Of a stretch of DNA of 44,155 nt, positions 22,826 to 33,075 are shown piece by piece; the first letter of the stretch is position 1; the number at the start of each line of letters is the position of its first letter. Source of the DNA: Chiloscyllium plagiosum (Eukaryota); contig NC_057751.1 of the NCBI RefSeq assembly GCF_004010195.1, positions 4,435,246 through 4,479,400 of the forward strand, written 5' to 3'. The notes beneath the pieces are model-generated. The model made no database searches. It worked only from the letters and a program-made list of their open reading frames with translations, and had not been told where the DNA came from. The position numbers and the translations under genes are program-made.

Positions 22826-23172
22826 AATAAATTAATGCTTTTTCACTTTTCGCTATTTTGGATTAAGAACAGCTTCATAGGAATGCTGTACTTTCAGATA
22901 GCAGGGGAAACCTGTCATTGTACCAGCCTCCACCATTTCCTCTGGCAGCTCATTCCATAAACTCTCTGTGTGAAAAAGTTGCCCCTTAAACTAGATTAGA
23001 TTCCCTACGGTGTGGAAACAGGCCCTTCGGCCCAACAAGTCCGCACCGACCCTCCGTAGAGCAACCCACCCAGCCCCATTCCCCTACATTTCCCGCTGAC
23101 TAATGCACCTAACACTATGGGCAATTTAGCATGGCCAATTCACCTGACCTATTAGGTCCCTATTATATCTTC
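22826..23172 (-). mobile_element. Nested fragment: half MITE (22826-22914) and CR1 3' piece, interrupted by a partial HE1 SINE (about 22991-23150)
   Basis: 22826-22958 is a diverged reverse complement of 21900-22035. The SINE part matches 19961-20100. CR1 resumes at ttaggtccc (about 23152). Confidence 0.8.
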
Positions 23173-23177
23173 ATGAA

Positions 23178-23278
23178 GGATCCTGATGAACGGATTTTTC
23201 TTGAAACGTCGATTTTCCTGCACCTCGGATGCCGCCTGACCTGTTGTGCTTTTCCAGCACCACACTCTCCACTCAAAT
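23178..23278 (+). mobile_element. Penelope-derived arm with hammerhead-like motif
   Basis: GGATC-CTGATGA-A-CGGA-TTTT-TCTT-GAAA-CG-TC-GATTT (23178-23215), followed by the same tail as 364-420. Confidence 0.75.
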
Positions 23279-23591
23279 CTTTCAATGCAACCTCTTTGTG
23301 GACTCGGGTTTTACCGATTGTAACTCAGCTGCGATAGGGGAAATAGACCGGGTCAAAGTATCCTTACAGCAGCATGTCACCACAATCGGAAAATGTCTCT
23401 TCCTGCTCACCTCTCTCTGTGAGTGGGGGTCCTTGTGTCCGCCTCCATTCTTCCCCACCCTATCACTTGCTGCTGGACTTACAGAGACCAGAGAGGCGGC
23501 CCGGGACCATTCCCCAGGATTCAGCGGGGCAGTGAATTGGACCGGGAATTCACAGGAAAAGAGAACCCGTTTGGGAGCACATCCAAATTCA

Positions 23592-23844
23592 GGGAGACGA
23601 GAAGAAACCTGCCAAATCTGGGTCAGGGTTGGGGGCGCCTGCGCAGACGTAGAGAGAGGGATGAGGGCGCGGCCCCTTTAAATGCTGCGGCTCCCAGCGA
23701 AAGTCCATCGAGTCCCAGAGACAGAATGCAGCATTGTGGGGAGACGAGAAGAAACCTGCCAAATCTGGGTCAGGGTTGGGGGCGCCTGCGCAGACGTAGA
23801 GAGAGGGATGAGGGCGCGGCCCAGAGACAGAATGCAGCATTGTG
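23592..23844 (+). repeat. Tandem duplication (147 bp + 106 bp) with a 41-bp deletion in the second copy
   Basis: An 84-bp block is identical at 23592-23675 and 23739-23822. A 22-bp block is identical at 23717-23738 and 23823-23844. Confidence 0.95.
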
Positions 23845-24794
23845 CCTCGGTCTGTCTGTCTGACTCAGTGGGCGCGCACAGCCAACATGGGGAGGGTCAC
23901 TGAGAACTCACTCATTCCTCAACGCCTCCTGCGCTTCCCATTATCACACTGAAAACGATAATTGTGTCTGTGTGTGTGTGGAGGTTTATGGAGAGAAGCC
24001 CTCCCCGCCCCACCCCACCCCCACATTGGACCATCAGAATCCAGTGAAAATTGCAACCTGCCCCACTTCAGGTAGAGTTCAGGCACCGACGGAACTTTCC
24101 TGTTCTGTGTCTCACACCGACTGTGTCAAATTTCAGCAGATCGCGTTCCCTTCAGCCACTAGCCCCCCCCCCACCCCTATTCAGACCTACTCCACCTTCC
24201 CCCCCACACACAATCCCCCCTCACATGCTACCTGCTACCCTCAAAAGGGGGCTATTGCCAGCACAGTGTGCTGCCTGGTTGGGCAGGGCAGGGCAGGGCG
24301 GTCAGCCAGGAGGGGGAGCTCGGCAGAGAGGCCGGAGACAGCGAGGCGTGCGGAGAGGAATGCGGGGTTTTTTTTTAGTGCTTATTTTTCCCCAACACCC
24401 ATGGTGTGTGTGTGCAGGTGTGAGACACAGTCAGAGACACAAAGTGCACGAATCTTTATTCAGTTTTCACCACCAGGAAGAAAGGAAACACCCGAGTGGC
24501 CAGTGACAAGCACTGCCCTTCACATCAAAGGGCAGTGCTGTGTGATCAAACAGTGAAGGGGAGGGTAGAGACTAAATCAAAATAGAGTTGGAGGGAGAAA
24601 TGATGCACTCCACTCCCTGCGGTGCCCAGCTCTCCCTGAACAACTCCAGGGTGTTGGTGGACACCGCGTGCTCCTTCTCCAAGNNNNNNNNNNNNNNNNN
24701 NNNNNNNNNNNNNNNNNNNNNNNNNNNNNNNNNNNNNNNNNNNNNNNNNNNNNNNNNNNNNNNNNNNNNNNNNNNNNNNNNNNNNNNNNNNNNN

Positions 24795-24827
<33 letters not shown>

Positions 24828-25324
24828 TGGAGACTGTCATGAAGAGATGTCGCTGCAGTAAATGAAGTTTTTTCAAAAGAAAAATTCCCTTCGAAGAAAC
24901 ACACGTGAAAGACCAAATTGCTGCCGGTTTGTGAGATTATTAAAACAACAACAACAACAGAAATGAAGACATTCCGGGGGCAGGTGGGGGGGGGCAAAGT
25001 ACAGCCAACCTACACTTCTGCAGCCTGGGGACTGCGGACTGATTGTGAGATCTCCAAATGCTGGAGTTTTTGGGGGGAAGAAAATTTCCTCCAGACCGGA
25101 GCAGCGAATCCAAATTGTTGCTGCCAAGGGAAAGCCCCAGAAATTGCTGGAAAAGCTCGGCAGGTCTGCGCGGGGAGAAATCAGAGCTGCTCTGGGGACC
25201 TCAGCTCAGAACGAGCCTTGTTTGGCGAGGTGGGGNNNNNNNNNNNNNNNNNNNNNNNNNNNNNNNNNNNNNNNNNNNNNNNNNNNNNNNNNNNNNNNNG
25301 TGGGGGGGTGGGGAAGAGATCTAA

Positions 25325-25598
25325 TTCGAATCATACAATCACCACAGTGCGGAAAAAAAGGCCATTTTGGTCCAACAGGTCCATACTGACCCTCCGCAGT
25401 GTGTCTGGCCCGCTCAGACCCACCCCCCTTCCCAATTGCTCTATATTTCCCCTGACGAACGCACCTTTCCTACGCACCCCTGAGCACTGTGGGCAAGTTA
25501 GCACGGCCGAATCGCCTAACCTGTCCATCTTTGGACTGTGAGAGGAAACCGGAGCACCCGGAGGAAACCCACGCAGACACGGGGAGAATGTGCAAAAC
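25325..25598 (-). mobile_element. HE1-like V-SINE, 5'-truncated
   Basis: catctttggactgtgagaggaaaccggagcacccggaggaaacccacgcagacacggggagaatgtgcaaa is a V-domain matching 20105-20180. Confidence 0.85.
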
Positions 25599-26382
25599 TA
25601 CTGCAGTGTTCCGCGTCCCCCTCACTGAACACCACTGCGGGACAAGCAGGGAACCGATAGCCGACAGTTCTGAACCTATAAGTGCCAATGGGAGAGCAAT
25701 TACCTTTGGGAGCCTTTGCACAATTGCCGTATATCGCCCTCCCACCCCACCCCGACCCCTCCCTCCGTGAAAGTGTGCGAGCGCTGAAGTGCGGTGCATC
25801 AATGTATTTCCTCTTGAGTAGTTTGACCCTCTCTGGTTTGGAGCAGTGTGCTTTGATCAAAGTTGAAAGCTTTCCTTTCTGAGTGGCCCCTGGGACACGG
25901 CCGGATGTATAGGAGTTGACAGGAGCGCCGCTGGGAATCCTAATAGGTTCTCCAGGCTGGTTTATGTTGGGGAGGGCTGGGTGGTGGTGGTGGGATGCGG
26001 CGGTGTTTTGGAGGGTCTGCAAGTGATTCGACTCGAGCCCAGCTGGTTCCGCGGCCCTATGTAACTCACCGAAGGCCGGAAGCAAAGCTTTCAGCTCTCC
26101 CCGCCAGGGCTGTCTTTTCTTCGTGTGAGACTCGGTCTCGGTCAGCGCTGCCGGTTGGTGGCGTTGCGAACTGACTGTTCCTAAGAACTCCCGCCCAGTA
26201 GTTTAACGATCAAGGTGACTGGGCGCTTTGCTTAACCGGTTGACTCCAGGCTTCAAGACCAGCTGGGAGCACCAGTCCTGCACTGCGGTTGCACGGCCCT
26301 GAATGGGCTGCGACTTTTGACGTCCCCCCCTCGCCCCACCCAAGCAGTCCCTGAGCCAGAGCCTGGCCCCAGTTCAGGGACG

Positions 26383-26449
26383 GGAGCTGTCCGGGCGCGT
26401 GTGGTGCTGAACCTACACCGCGCCTCTGTCCAGCGCGGGGAGTGCTGAA
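26383..26449 (-). promoter_or_regulatory. Tandem pair of long-spacer (non-canonical) RE1/NRSE sites
   Basis: Minus strand: TTCAGCACT-N9-GGACAGAGGC (26449-26422) and TTCAGCACC-N10-GGACAGCTCC (26411-26383). Confidence 0.7.
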
Positions 26450-27588
26450 AACGCCGCGTCGCATGGAGGCTTTTGGTTTGAATGACAGGGAGGGCCCATT
26501 CTTAAAAGAAAACGCTGCGTCAACCTGAAGCCCAGTGTGTCTCCTGCACACATGTGCAGCACCAACATATTAGGACCCACACCCGAATTTAACTCTCTCA
26601 CACGATACTGACTACATACCCACTCCTCACCTCTGTAAGGCGTTGTGGCCCTGAAGCAGTTAATTCTGTGTCGATTCGTGTTTTTCTGCTGCATCAACAG
26701 CCTGCAGTTTCACACCAGCTGTCTCACTATCCCCCCCCCACCCTCCCGCCAAAGAGCTGCGGGAATCGGCAGACTTGTTAAAGAGAGCTGGGTGTGATTC
26801 TTAATTACATTTGCACCGAAAAGATCTGAGTCAACCGGAAGGAAATTAGAACTTCACAATGACCCAGTTTACAAATTGTGACTAGCTTCGGGAATGTGTT
26901 CCAGGTCACAGTTTGATGTCGCGACACCATATCATTATATATTGCTGATTGACACAATGCTGACGGAAAGTGAAGTGGCAAAAGTTGTGCTGAAATGCTT
27001 GAAAAGGCAGGGTGGAGGGGAGGTGAAACTTGAATTATTTTAACTATTATTATATTGGAATGCCGCTCATTGCTTATCCCAAAAAAAAAACACAGCGGCA
27101 ACTAGAGCTAGAACGACGTTCTTTCCCGCTGACCAAACCTTGAGTACGGCATTGCCAAGAGAATCAGATTCACTTCAGTTAACCCAGCATGCAAAACAAA
27201 ACGAGAAGTGTACCTTGACGCACATGTCCACAAGCTTTTCGGCGGCACCCAAGTGTCAGAGGTGAAAAGTCCGACCTTGCATGTAGCCATTTTCAAAATT
27301 TGGCACCCAAATTTTATTTGGAATCACCTCAAACATAAGAAGGTGAGTAGACTGGTCAAAACATCCAAACCATGATTTGGCAGCATTGGATATTAATCGC
27401 ACTCAAGGGAATAGGATTGTTCCAGAGATTGCACACAAAATAGGAGCCTCTCCCTTTCCTAATGGTGTCTCAATTAAATTCATCCAAAGGCTAAAAGATA
27501 TTCATGAGTCAACAAGATCCCACCGCATCCTCCCTCCTCCACATTTATTTGAAAGAATAAATCAGACATTAAGATTCAGAATATGACT

Positions 27589-27594
27589 TTTATT
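27589..27594 (-). terminator. NEFM polyadenylation signal (alternatives at 27783-27788 and 27544-27549)
   Basis: AATAAA on the minus strand about 540 nt after the stop codon. Confidence 0.65.
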
Positions 27595-28131
27595 CAGCAA
27601 ATACTGCAGTGAAGTTGCACATGGGGTGATACAGTGTGACGTGTTGGTGAATGATCAGTAAACCCTCCCTCCCACCAATGGAAGTCCATTTTAAAAGCAC
27701 TCGTGAGGTAAACATAGATTAATCAATGAGCAGTTTAAGGCTAAGGATTTTTTTATAGTTTTTTTCAAACTTTTTGGCTCAGTTTATTCTTTGCATAATA
27801 CATCTCTAGACTTTCTCAAAAGCGCCCCTCCGACAGCTCACAACCTTTCTTCAGCATATTGCTATTTGTCACGATTTGGTGCATATGTCTTCCATGCAAT
27901 TAAGTTGTTCAGTTGTGTTCTATTTTGTCCTTTCAGTGGTTCCTTGTATTTCAGCACTGTGGAGGGCACCTTTTTAAACTTGCATGCAGTTTCTTCTATT
28001 GCACAAAAGGAAAAGACGAGAAGTCTGGAGCTCCTCAACGGAGAACCCACTCTGCTCAAGGCCAGAAAAGCTGTCACACCCATGCATCTTTAGCTGTCAA
28101 ATGTCATCCCCTTTGCTTCATGAGGTTGTCT

Positions 28132-29332
28132 TCACTCATGATCCTCCTCCTTCTTTATGACTGAGTGTGAGGTTTTCTCCACCGTCTTAGTAGACACTAT
28201 CGTCTCCTGGACCACCTCTTCTGTCTCCTCCATTGTCTGAGTTACCGTGACAGATTTGGTGATCTCCTTGATGTGTTTGGTCATCCCGTCATCATCATCA
28301 ATGACCTTCTGGATAGTCTTTGTTGCAGTCTTCATGTGGGAGATGATGTCAGAGTCCTCCTCCTTTGTGGGACTCTGGTCAACCCCATTGGAAATGATTT
28401 GCGGCTCTTCCTCCTTGTCCTTGGTGTCATCCCCTTTCTCTTCAATCTCTCCATTGATGGTTGTGCCTTCATCTTTTGACTTGGCTTCATCTTTTGACTT
28501 GGCTTCATCCTTTGACTTGACTTCATCCTTCTTTTCCTCAGCTTCTGGGGATTTCTCTTCTTTTGGTGATTTGACCTCCACTTCTATTTTGGCTTCCTCT
28601 TTCTGTGGTGATTTGACATCGGTTCCTGCCTCCTTGCCCCCATCAACTGTGTCGACCTTTTTCTCAGAAACGACCTTCTTATCGACTGCTTCCTCACTCT
28701 TCTTAGCATCTTCCTCTGCTCCTTCCTCTCCATTTTCTGTGGCTGTCTTTTCAGGCTCTTCACCAGCTTCTTCTTTCTTGGTGACTTCTTCCTCTTCCTC
28801 CTCCTCCTCACTTGCTTCCTTCCCCTGCTCCTCTGGCACAGCTTTTGATTCCTCCACCTTCACGCTTTCAATCTTCTCCTCGGCTTCAGTTTCTTCTGCC
28901 CCTTCCTGCTCCCCTTCTGCCTGGACAGCATCACCTTCTCTTTCACCTCTCTCTTCTTCTTCTTTTTCCTCCTCCTCTTCTTCCTCCTTCTTTTCCTCAC
29001 CCTTTTTTTCTGGTTGAGCCTGGACTGCAGTCTTGACTGTGGCCACAATGACCTCTTCCACTGCTTCCTCTTCCTCGGCTATGGCTTCACCCGCAGCCTT
29101 TTCCACTGCCTCAGATAGGTTCAGCTCCCCCAGTTCCGCTTTCTCGTCCTCCACTTTGGTTTCTTCAATGATCTCTTCCACGAATTTATGCTGCACTTTC
29201 ATCTTGGGGGCTTCTTTGGTTTTCTGCACTTTAGCGGGGGCTGTGGGCGTGCTCGGGGGTCGATAGGGGAAAGAGGGACCAGTGATGCTTCCAGAGAAAA
29301 TATACCTGGATTCTTCACCTTCCAACAGTTTC
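28132..29332 (-). CDS. NEFM: Neurofilament medium chain, exon 3 (rod end and tail, TGA stop)
   Basis: ctgtgcag|[48 protein letters not shown], Glu-rich segment, KSP motifs, and the NF-M-type C-terminus ITKSVTVTQ...VSTKTVEK. Confidence 0.97.
28467..28530 (-). repeat. 18-bp coding tandem repeat, about 3.5 copies (KSKDEA)
   Basis: The + strand unit cttcatc(t/c)tttgacttg(g/a) starts at 28467, 28485, 28503 and 28521 (partial). Confidence 0.9.
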
Positions 29333-30104
29333 CTGCACAGGGGTGGGGGGTGGGGAGAGACCGAGGGAGAGGTAGAGAAGACAGCTGTTATTAAACCCTT
29401 ACAATGGAATGAAGGATAGGCACCAGGAGCAGAAGAGGAGACTACATTACTTACTGAGCGTATTATTGCCTGGAAAGGGTCCTATGTAGTTTTGGGAGGA
29501 ACAGTCTCTTCCTGTGCTGTTAGATTCGCCAGTTGTATGACACCATTGCCCGTTACTGGGGCAAGAACGCCATCAGCCCATGGGAGGCTCCGAAGGGAGT
29601 GCCCCCCCAGAACAGAGCCATGGTTTGCATTGATCAGAGGCTGGAAAGGGCTTGGGGGGGGGGGTGGGGGGTGGGGGTGTTGTAGGGCAAGGGAATGGGA
29701 GCAGACTCAGAGAGAGCAACAGAGTGGTCAGAGATGGCTTCACATGATGGACTGGGCGGCACCACTCCCCAACCCCTCAGATCATGGCTGGGGGTGGGTT
29801 AACAGACTCGCTCGCTGCCGAGTGGCCTCAGCTATTTCAGGCAAAGGCGGTTGCCCTCCTTTGACGCGGGGTTTCAACTGACCGCACTGGAGCCGCACAG
29901 AGAAAGACCAGCCGTGCACCCACCCCCCTGTCCTGCTGCAGCCTCGGGTGGGGAGGGGGGGGGGTGTAAGGGAGGGCTCCCTGTGCCGCACTCCCATTGA
30001 GGACCCCCTCAATGTCACGCAATGGCTTGGTTTTTTTGTCCTCCCTGGAGGTGTCGCCACACCCTCCGCCCCTCTGGGACCCCCCCCCCCCCCCCCCCAG
30101 TTAC

Positions 30105-30229
30105 CTGTAAGCAGCAATCTCGATATCCAAAGCCATTTTCACGTTTAATAAATCTTGGTATTCCCGCAGGTGACGGGCCATTTCCCACTTGGTGTTGCGC
30201 AGCTCATTCTCCAGCTGTTGGACTGTTTC
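30105..30229 (-). CDS. NEFM: Neurofilament medium chain, exon 2 (125 bp)
   Basis: ttttag|[53 protein letters not shown]|gtaact. Not present in the ORF track. Confidence 0.97.
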
Positions 30230-30597
30230 CTAAAATGTTTCCCAGACACAGAGAGAGAGAGAGAGGAAACTCATCAGTAAACCGCCGGAGAGACACCCTC
30301 CAGGCCACAATGACAAGCGGGTTCCGGGACCGGAGAGTTCCCTGAGCTGGGCAGCTTTGGAGGACAGTTTCCCAAATCCTGCCCGGGCACGGGCGCTCCT
30401 GCTCCCGCGGGCACGCCCCAGCCACTTCCCCGCTCGTCCTCAGCCGAGCCCGAAGGTTCGACAACGGCAGGCGGACAGCGCGACACTTCAGGCGGGCACA
30501 CACCCAGCCCCCTGTCCCCGCTCCCGCCCCTTACCGAGGCGCTAAGATCGAAACGCGAGGGAGGCGGGGAATGGACCACTTCGGAGAGAGCTGGGGA

Positions 30598-30760
30598 AGA
30601 GAGACACACACACACACACAGAGCCACCCACAGAGAGAGAGACAGAGTGAGGCAGAGAGATAGAGAAACACACACAGAAAGAAACAGACAAAGAGAGAGA
30701 GATACAGAGAGACAGATAGTGATAGACAGACAGAGAAATAGACAGAGAGTGAGAGAGAGA
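30598..30760. repeat. Compound (CA)n/(GA)n/(GACA)n microsatellite in NEFM intron 1, next to an assembly gap
   Basis: Seen directly in the sequence. Confidence 0.9.
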
Positions 30761-31027
30761 NNNNNNNNNNNNNNNNNNNNNNNNNNNNNNNNNNNNNNNN
30801 NNNNNNNNNNNNNNNNNNNNNNNNNNNNNNNNNNNNNNNNNNNNNNNNNNNNNNNNNNNNNNNNNNNNNNNNNNNNNNNNNNNNNNNNNNNNNNNNNNNN
30901 NNNNNNNNNNNNNNNNCTGGTGGGAGGGGGTGGGGTGGGGGGGAATGGTGGGGAGATGCTGGAGGTCGGGGCAGGGGCTTGGAGAGGGAGCCCAGGGGCG
31001 GTCTTGGGGCGGCGGGGAGCTGCTGAC

Positions 31028-32068
31028 CTGGTAGTTGGACACATCGGCGTTGTGGCGGTCCTCGATGTCGCTGATCTGCCTCTCCAGGGACTCCTTGGTG
31101 CCCCGGACCGACTCCAGCTCGATGCACTTGGACTGCAGTTGGCGGCGGTACTCATTGATCTCCTCCCGGGCCGAGCGGATCGCGTCCTTGTTGAGCTCGG
31201 CCGCCTCGTTCAGCTTGGCGTAGCGGCACTGGAACCACTCTTCGGTCTGCTGCAGGTTCTTGGTCGAGTGGCCCTCAAGCTGCGAGCGGATCTCCTTCAG
31301 CGCCGAGCTCAGGTCGCCCTTGAGCGGTTCCTTGCGCTCCAGCGTGACCTGGGACGCCTGGATCTGGGCGAAGAGTTCGGCCAGCTCCTCCTCGTGGTTG
31401 GCCCGGAGGAAGGCGAGCTCCTCTTGCAGGGACTGAGCTTTCTTCTCCATCTCCAGCTTGATGAGCGCCGACTCCTCGGTCTCTTTCCGGAAGGCCCTGA
31501 CGTGAGCCTCGGTGTCGTCCCTCAGCCTGGCCTCATCCTCACAGCGTTCCCTGAGGCGCTGCAGGTCCTCCTCCAGGTGCTCGCTCTGCAGCTGCAGCAG
31601 CGCCTTGTCCTGGTTCACCTGCTCGATCAGGCTCCGCAGTTCCCTCAGCTCCTGCTCGTACACCTCCCCCAGCTGCCCGTGGCCGGCCTGCTTCTGCCGC
31701 TGAGCCTGAATCTCAGCTTCCAGCTCCTTGTTGTGCTGCTCCAGGTAGTGCACCTTGTCGATGTAGCCGGCGAAGCGGTCGTTCAGCCCCTGCAGCAGCT
31801 CCTTCTCGTTGCGGCTGCCGACGCCCCGGTAATCTCCGTTCAGACCGCTGGACTGACTCAGGTCCAGGCTCTCCGAGGAGCTGTAAGCGCGGGGAGCCTG
31901 CACCGCGCTCGCCAGGCGCCGGTAGGACGCCGAGGTGAGCACCGGCGCTGGTGCACTAACCCGAGACCACGGCTGAGGGCGAGAGGCGACCGCCCGGCTG
32001 CTGTAAGTCCGGCTCTCCAGCCTCCGGTAGGAGGAAGGACTGCTCACCGTCTCTAGGATGTAGCTCAT
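31028..32068 (-). CDS. NEFM: Neurofilament medium chain, exon 1 (347 codons)
   Basis: aag[19 protein letters not shown]...[12 protein letters not shown]...[34 protein letters not shown]; ends CAG|gtcagc. The three exons total 2367 bp = 788 aa plus stop. Confidence 0.97.
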
Positions 32069-32163
32069 CTTCAGCGGGGAGGGTGGATGGCTGTTGGTAG
32101 GGGAAAGGGAGGGGAAGATGTGTGTGTGTATATGCGTGTGCGAGCGGCCGGCCTCATCCTGTC

Positions 32164-32170
32164 TTTTATA
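32164..32170 (-). promoter_or_regulatory. NEFM TATA box (GC box at 32193-32198)
   Basis: TATAAAA on the minus strand about 100 bp upstream of the ATG. Confidence 0.8.
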
Positions 32171-32507
32171 GTGAAAGCGCCGGGGCAGAAATGGGCGGGA
32201 GGCCGGACCGGGAGCTGCTGATTGATGTGCCCAACTGCAAGGGGAGGGCACACTGTGGGCACACTGCCAATCCAGTCCGGTTAGCCAGCAACACGGCCTG
32301 CAAGCCAACAGCCCCCAACCCAATGAAACAATGGTCGGGGAGGGGTGTATACATACACAGACACACATACAGAGGGGAGTGAATATTAAAGTTGGGGGGG
32401 TGGGGGTGGGGAGAGAAAATAAACAGCAACTATGCTTCACCAAGGCCGAGGGTCATTTTGAGACTGAAACCGTCCTTTTATTTGCAAGGTAAGATTTCAC
32501 CGTGTTC

Positions 32508-32800
32508 TGGGTGTGTGTGAGATTGAGGTGGAGGGAGGAGGTGGGGTGGTGTCCGTAGACTGGGGGTGTGTGTGTGTCAGGGAGACTTGGATTGTGTCTC
32601 TGTAAGACCAAGGTGACTGAGAGACTGTGTGTGTGTGTGTGAGATTGGGTGTGTGTGTGTCAGGGAGACTTGGGTTGTGTCTCTGGAAGATCAAGGTGAC
32701 TGAGAGACTGGGTGTCTGTGTGTGTGAGACTGCGTTGTGAGACTGTGTGTGTGTGTGTGTGACTGAGTGTTTGTGTTACTGGGTATGTGTCTGTGTGTGT
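32508..32800. repeat. TG-rich array containing an 83-bp-period duplicated unit
   Basis: cagggagacttgg-ttgtgtctctg-aaga-caaggtgactgagagactg starts at 32578 and 32661, embedded in (TG)n. Confidence 0.85.
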
Positions 32801-32804
32801 AACT

Positions 32805-33075
32805 TAGAACCAGCATTTGTTACCCATCCCCAGTTGCCCTCAAACTGAGTGGCTTGCTTGGGCCATTTCATAGGGCAATTGTCAGCCACATTGCTGTGGG
32901 TCTGGAGTCACGTGTCGATCAGTCCGGGGCAGGGTGAACCAGATGGGGTTACCACAAGTGACAGTGATGATGTGGACACCATTCACAATTCACAATCTGC
33001 CACACTGGAGCTCAAAGCTATGTCCCCAGAACATGGGGGTTTCGAGATGATTAGTCCAGTAATATTACTGCCTGT
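32805..33075 (-). mobile_element. Deu-domain (SacSINE1-like) SINE, decayed
   Basis: ccacattgctgtgggtctggagtcac...ggtgaaccagatggg is shared with 42590-42860. Confidence 0.65.

Noticed and set aside
24684..24826. Long poly-G and ORFs crossing N runs (also near 25236, 30761, 33081 and 37952)
   Set aside because: These adjoin or span assembly gaps, so lengths and open frames are unreliable.
28247..29017. 256-aa Ser-rich plus-strand ORF
   Set aside because: Antisense shadow of the Glu/Lys-rich NEFM tail.
30647..32056. 469-aa plus-strand ORF
   Set aside because: Antisense shadow of NEFM exon 1, extended through a gap and a microsatellite.
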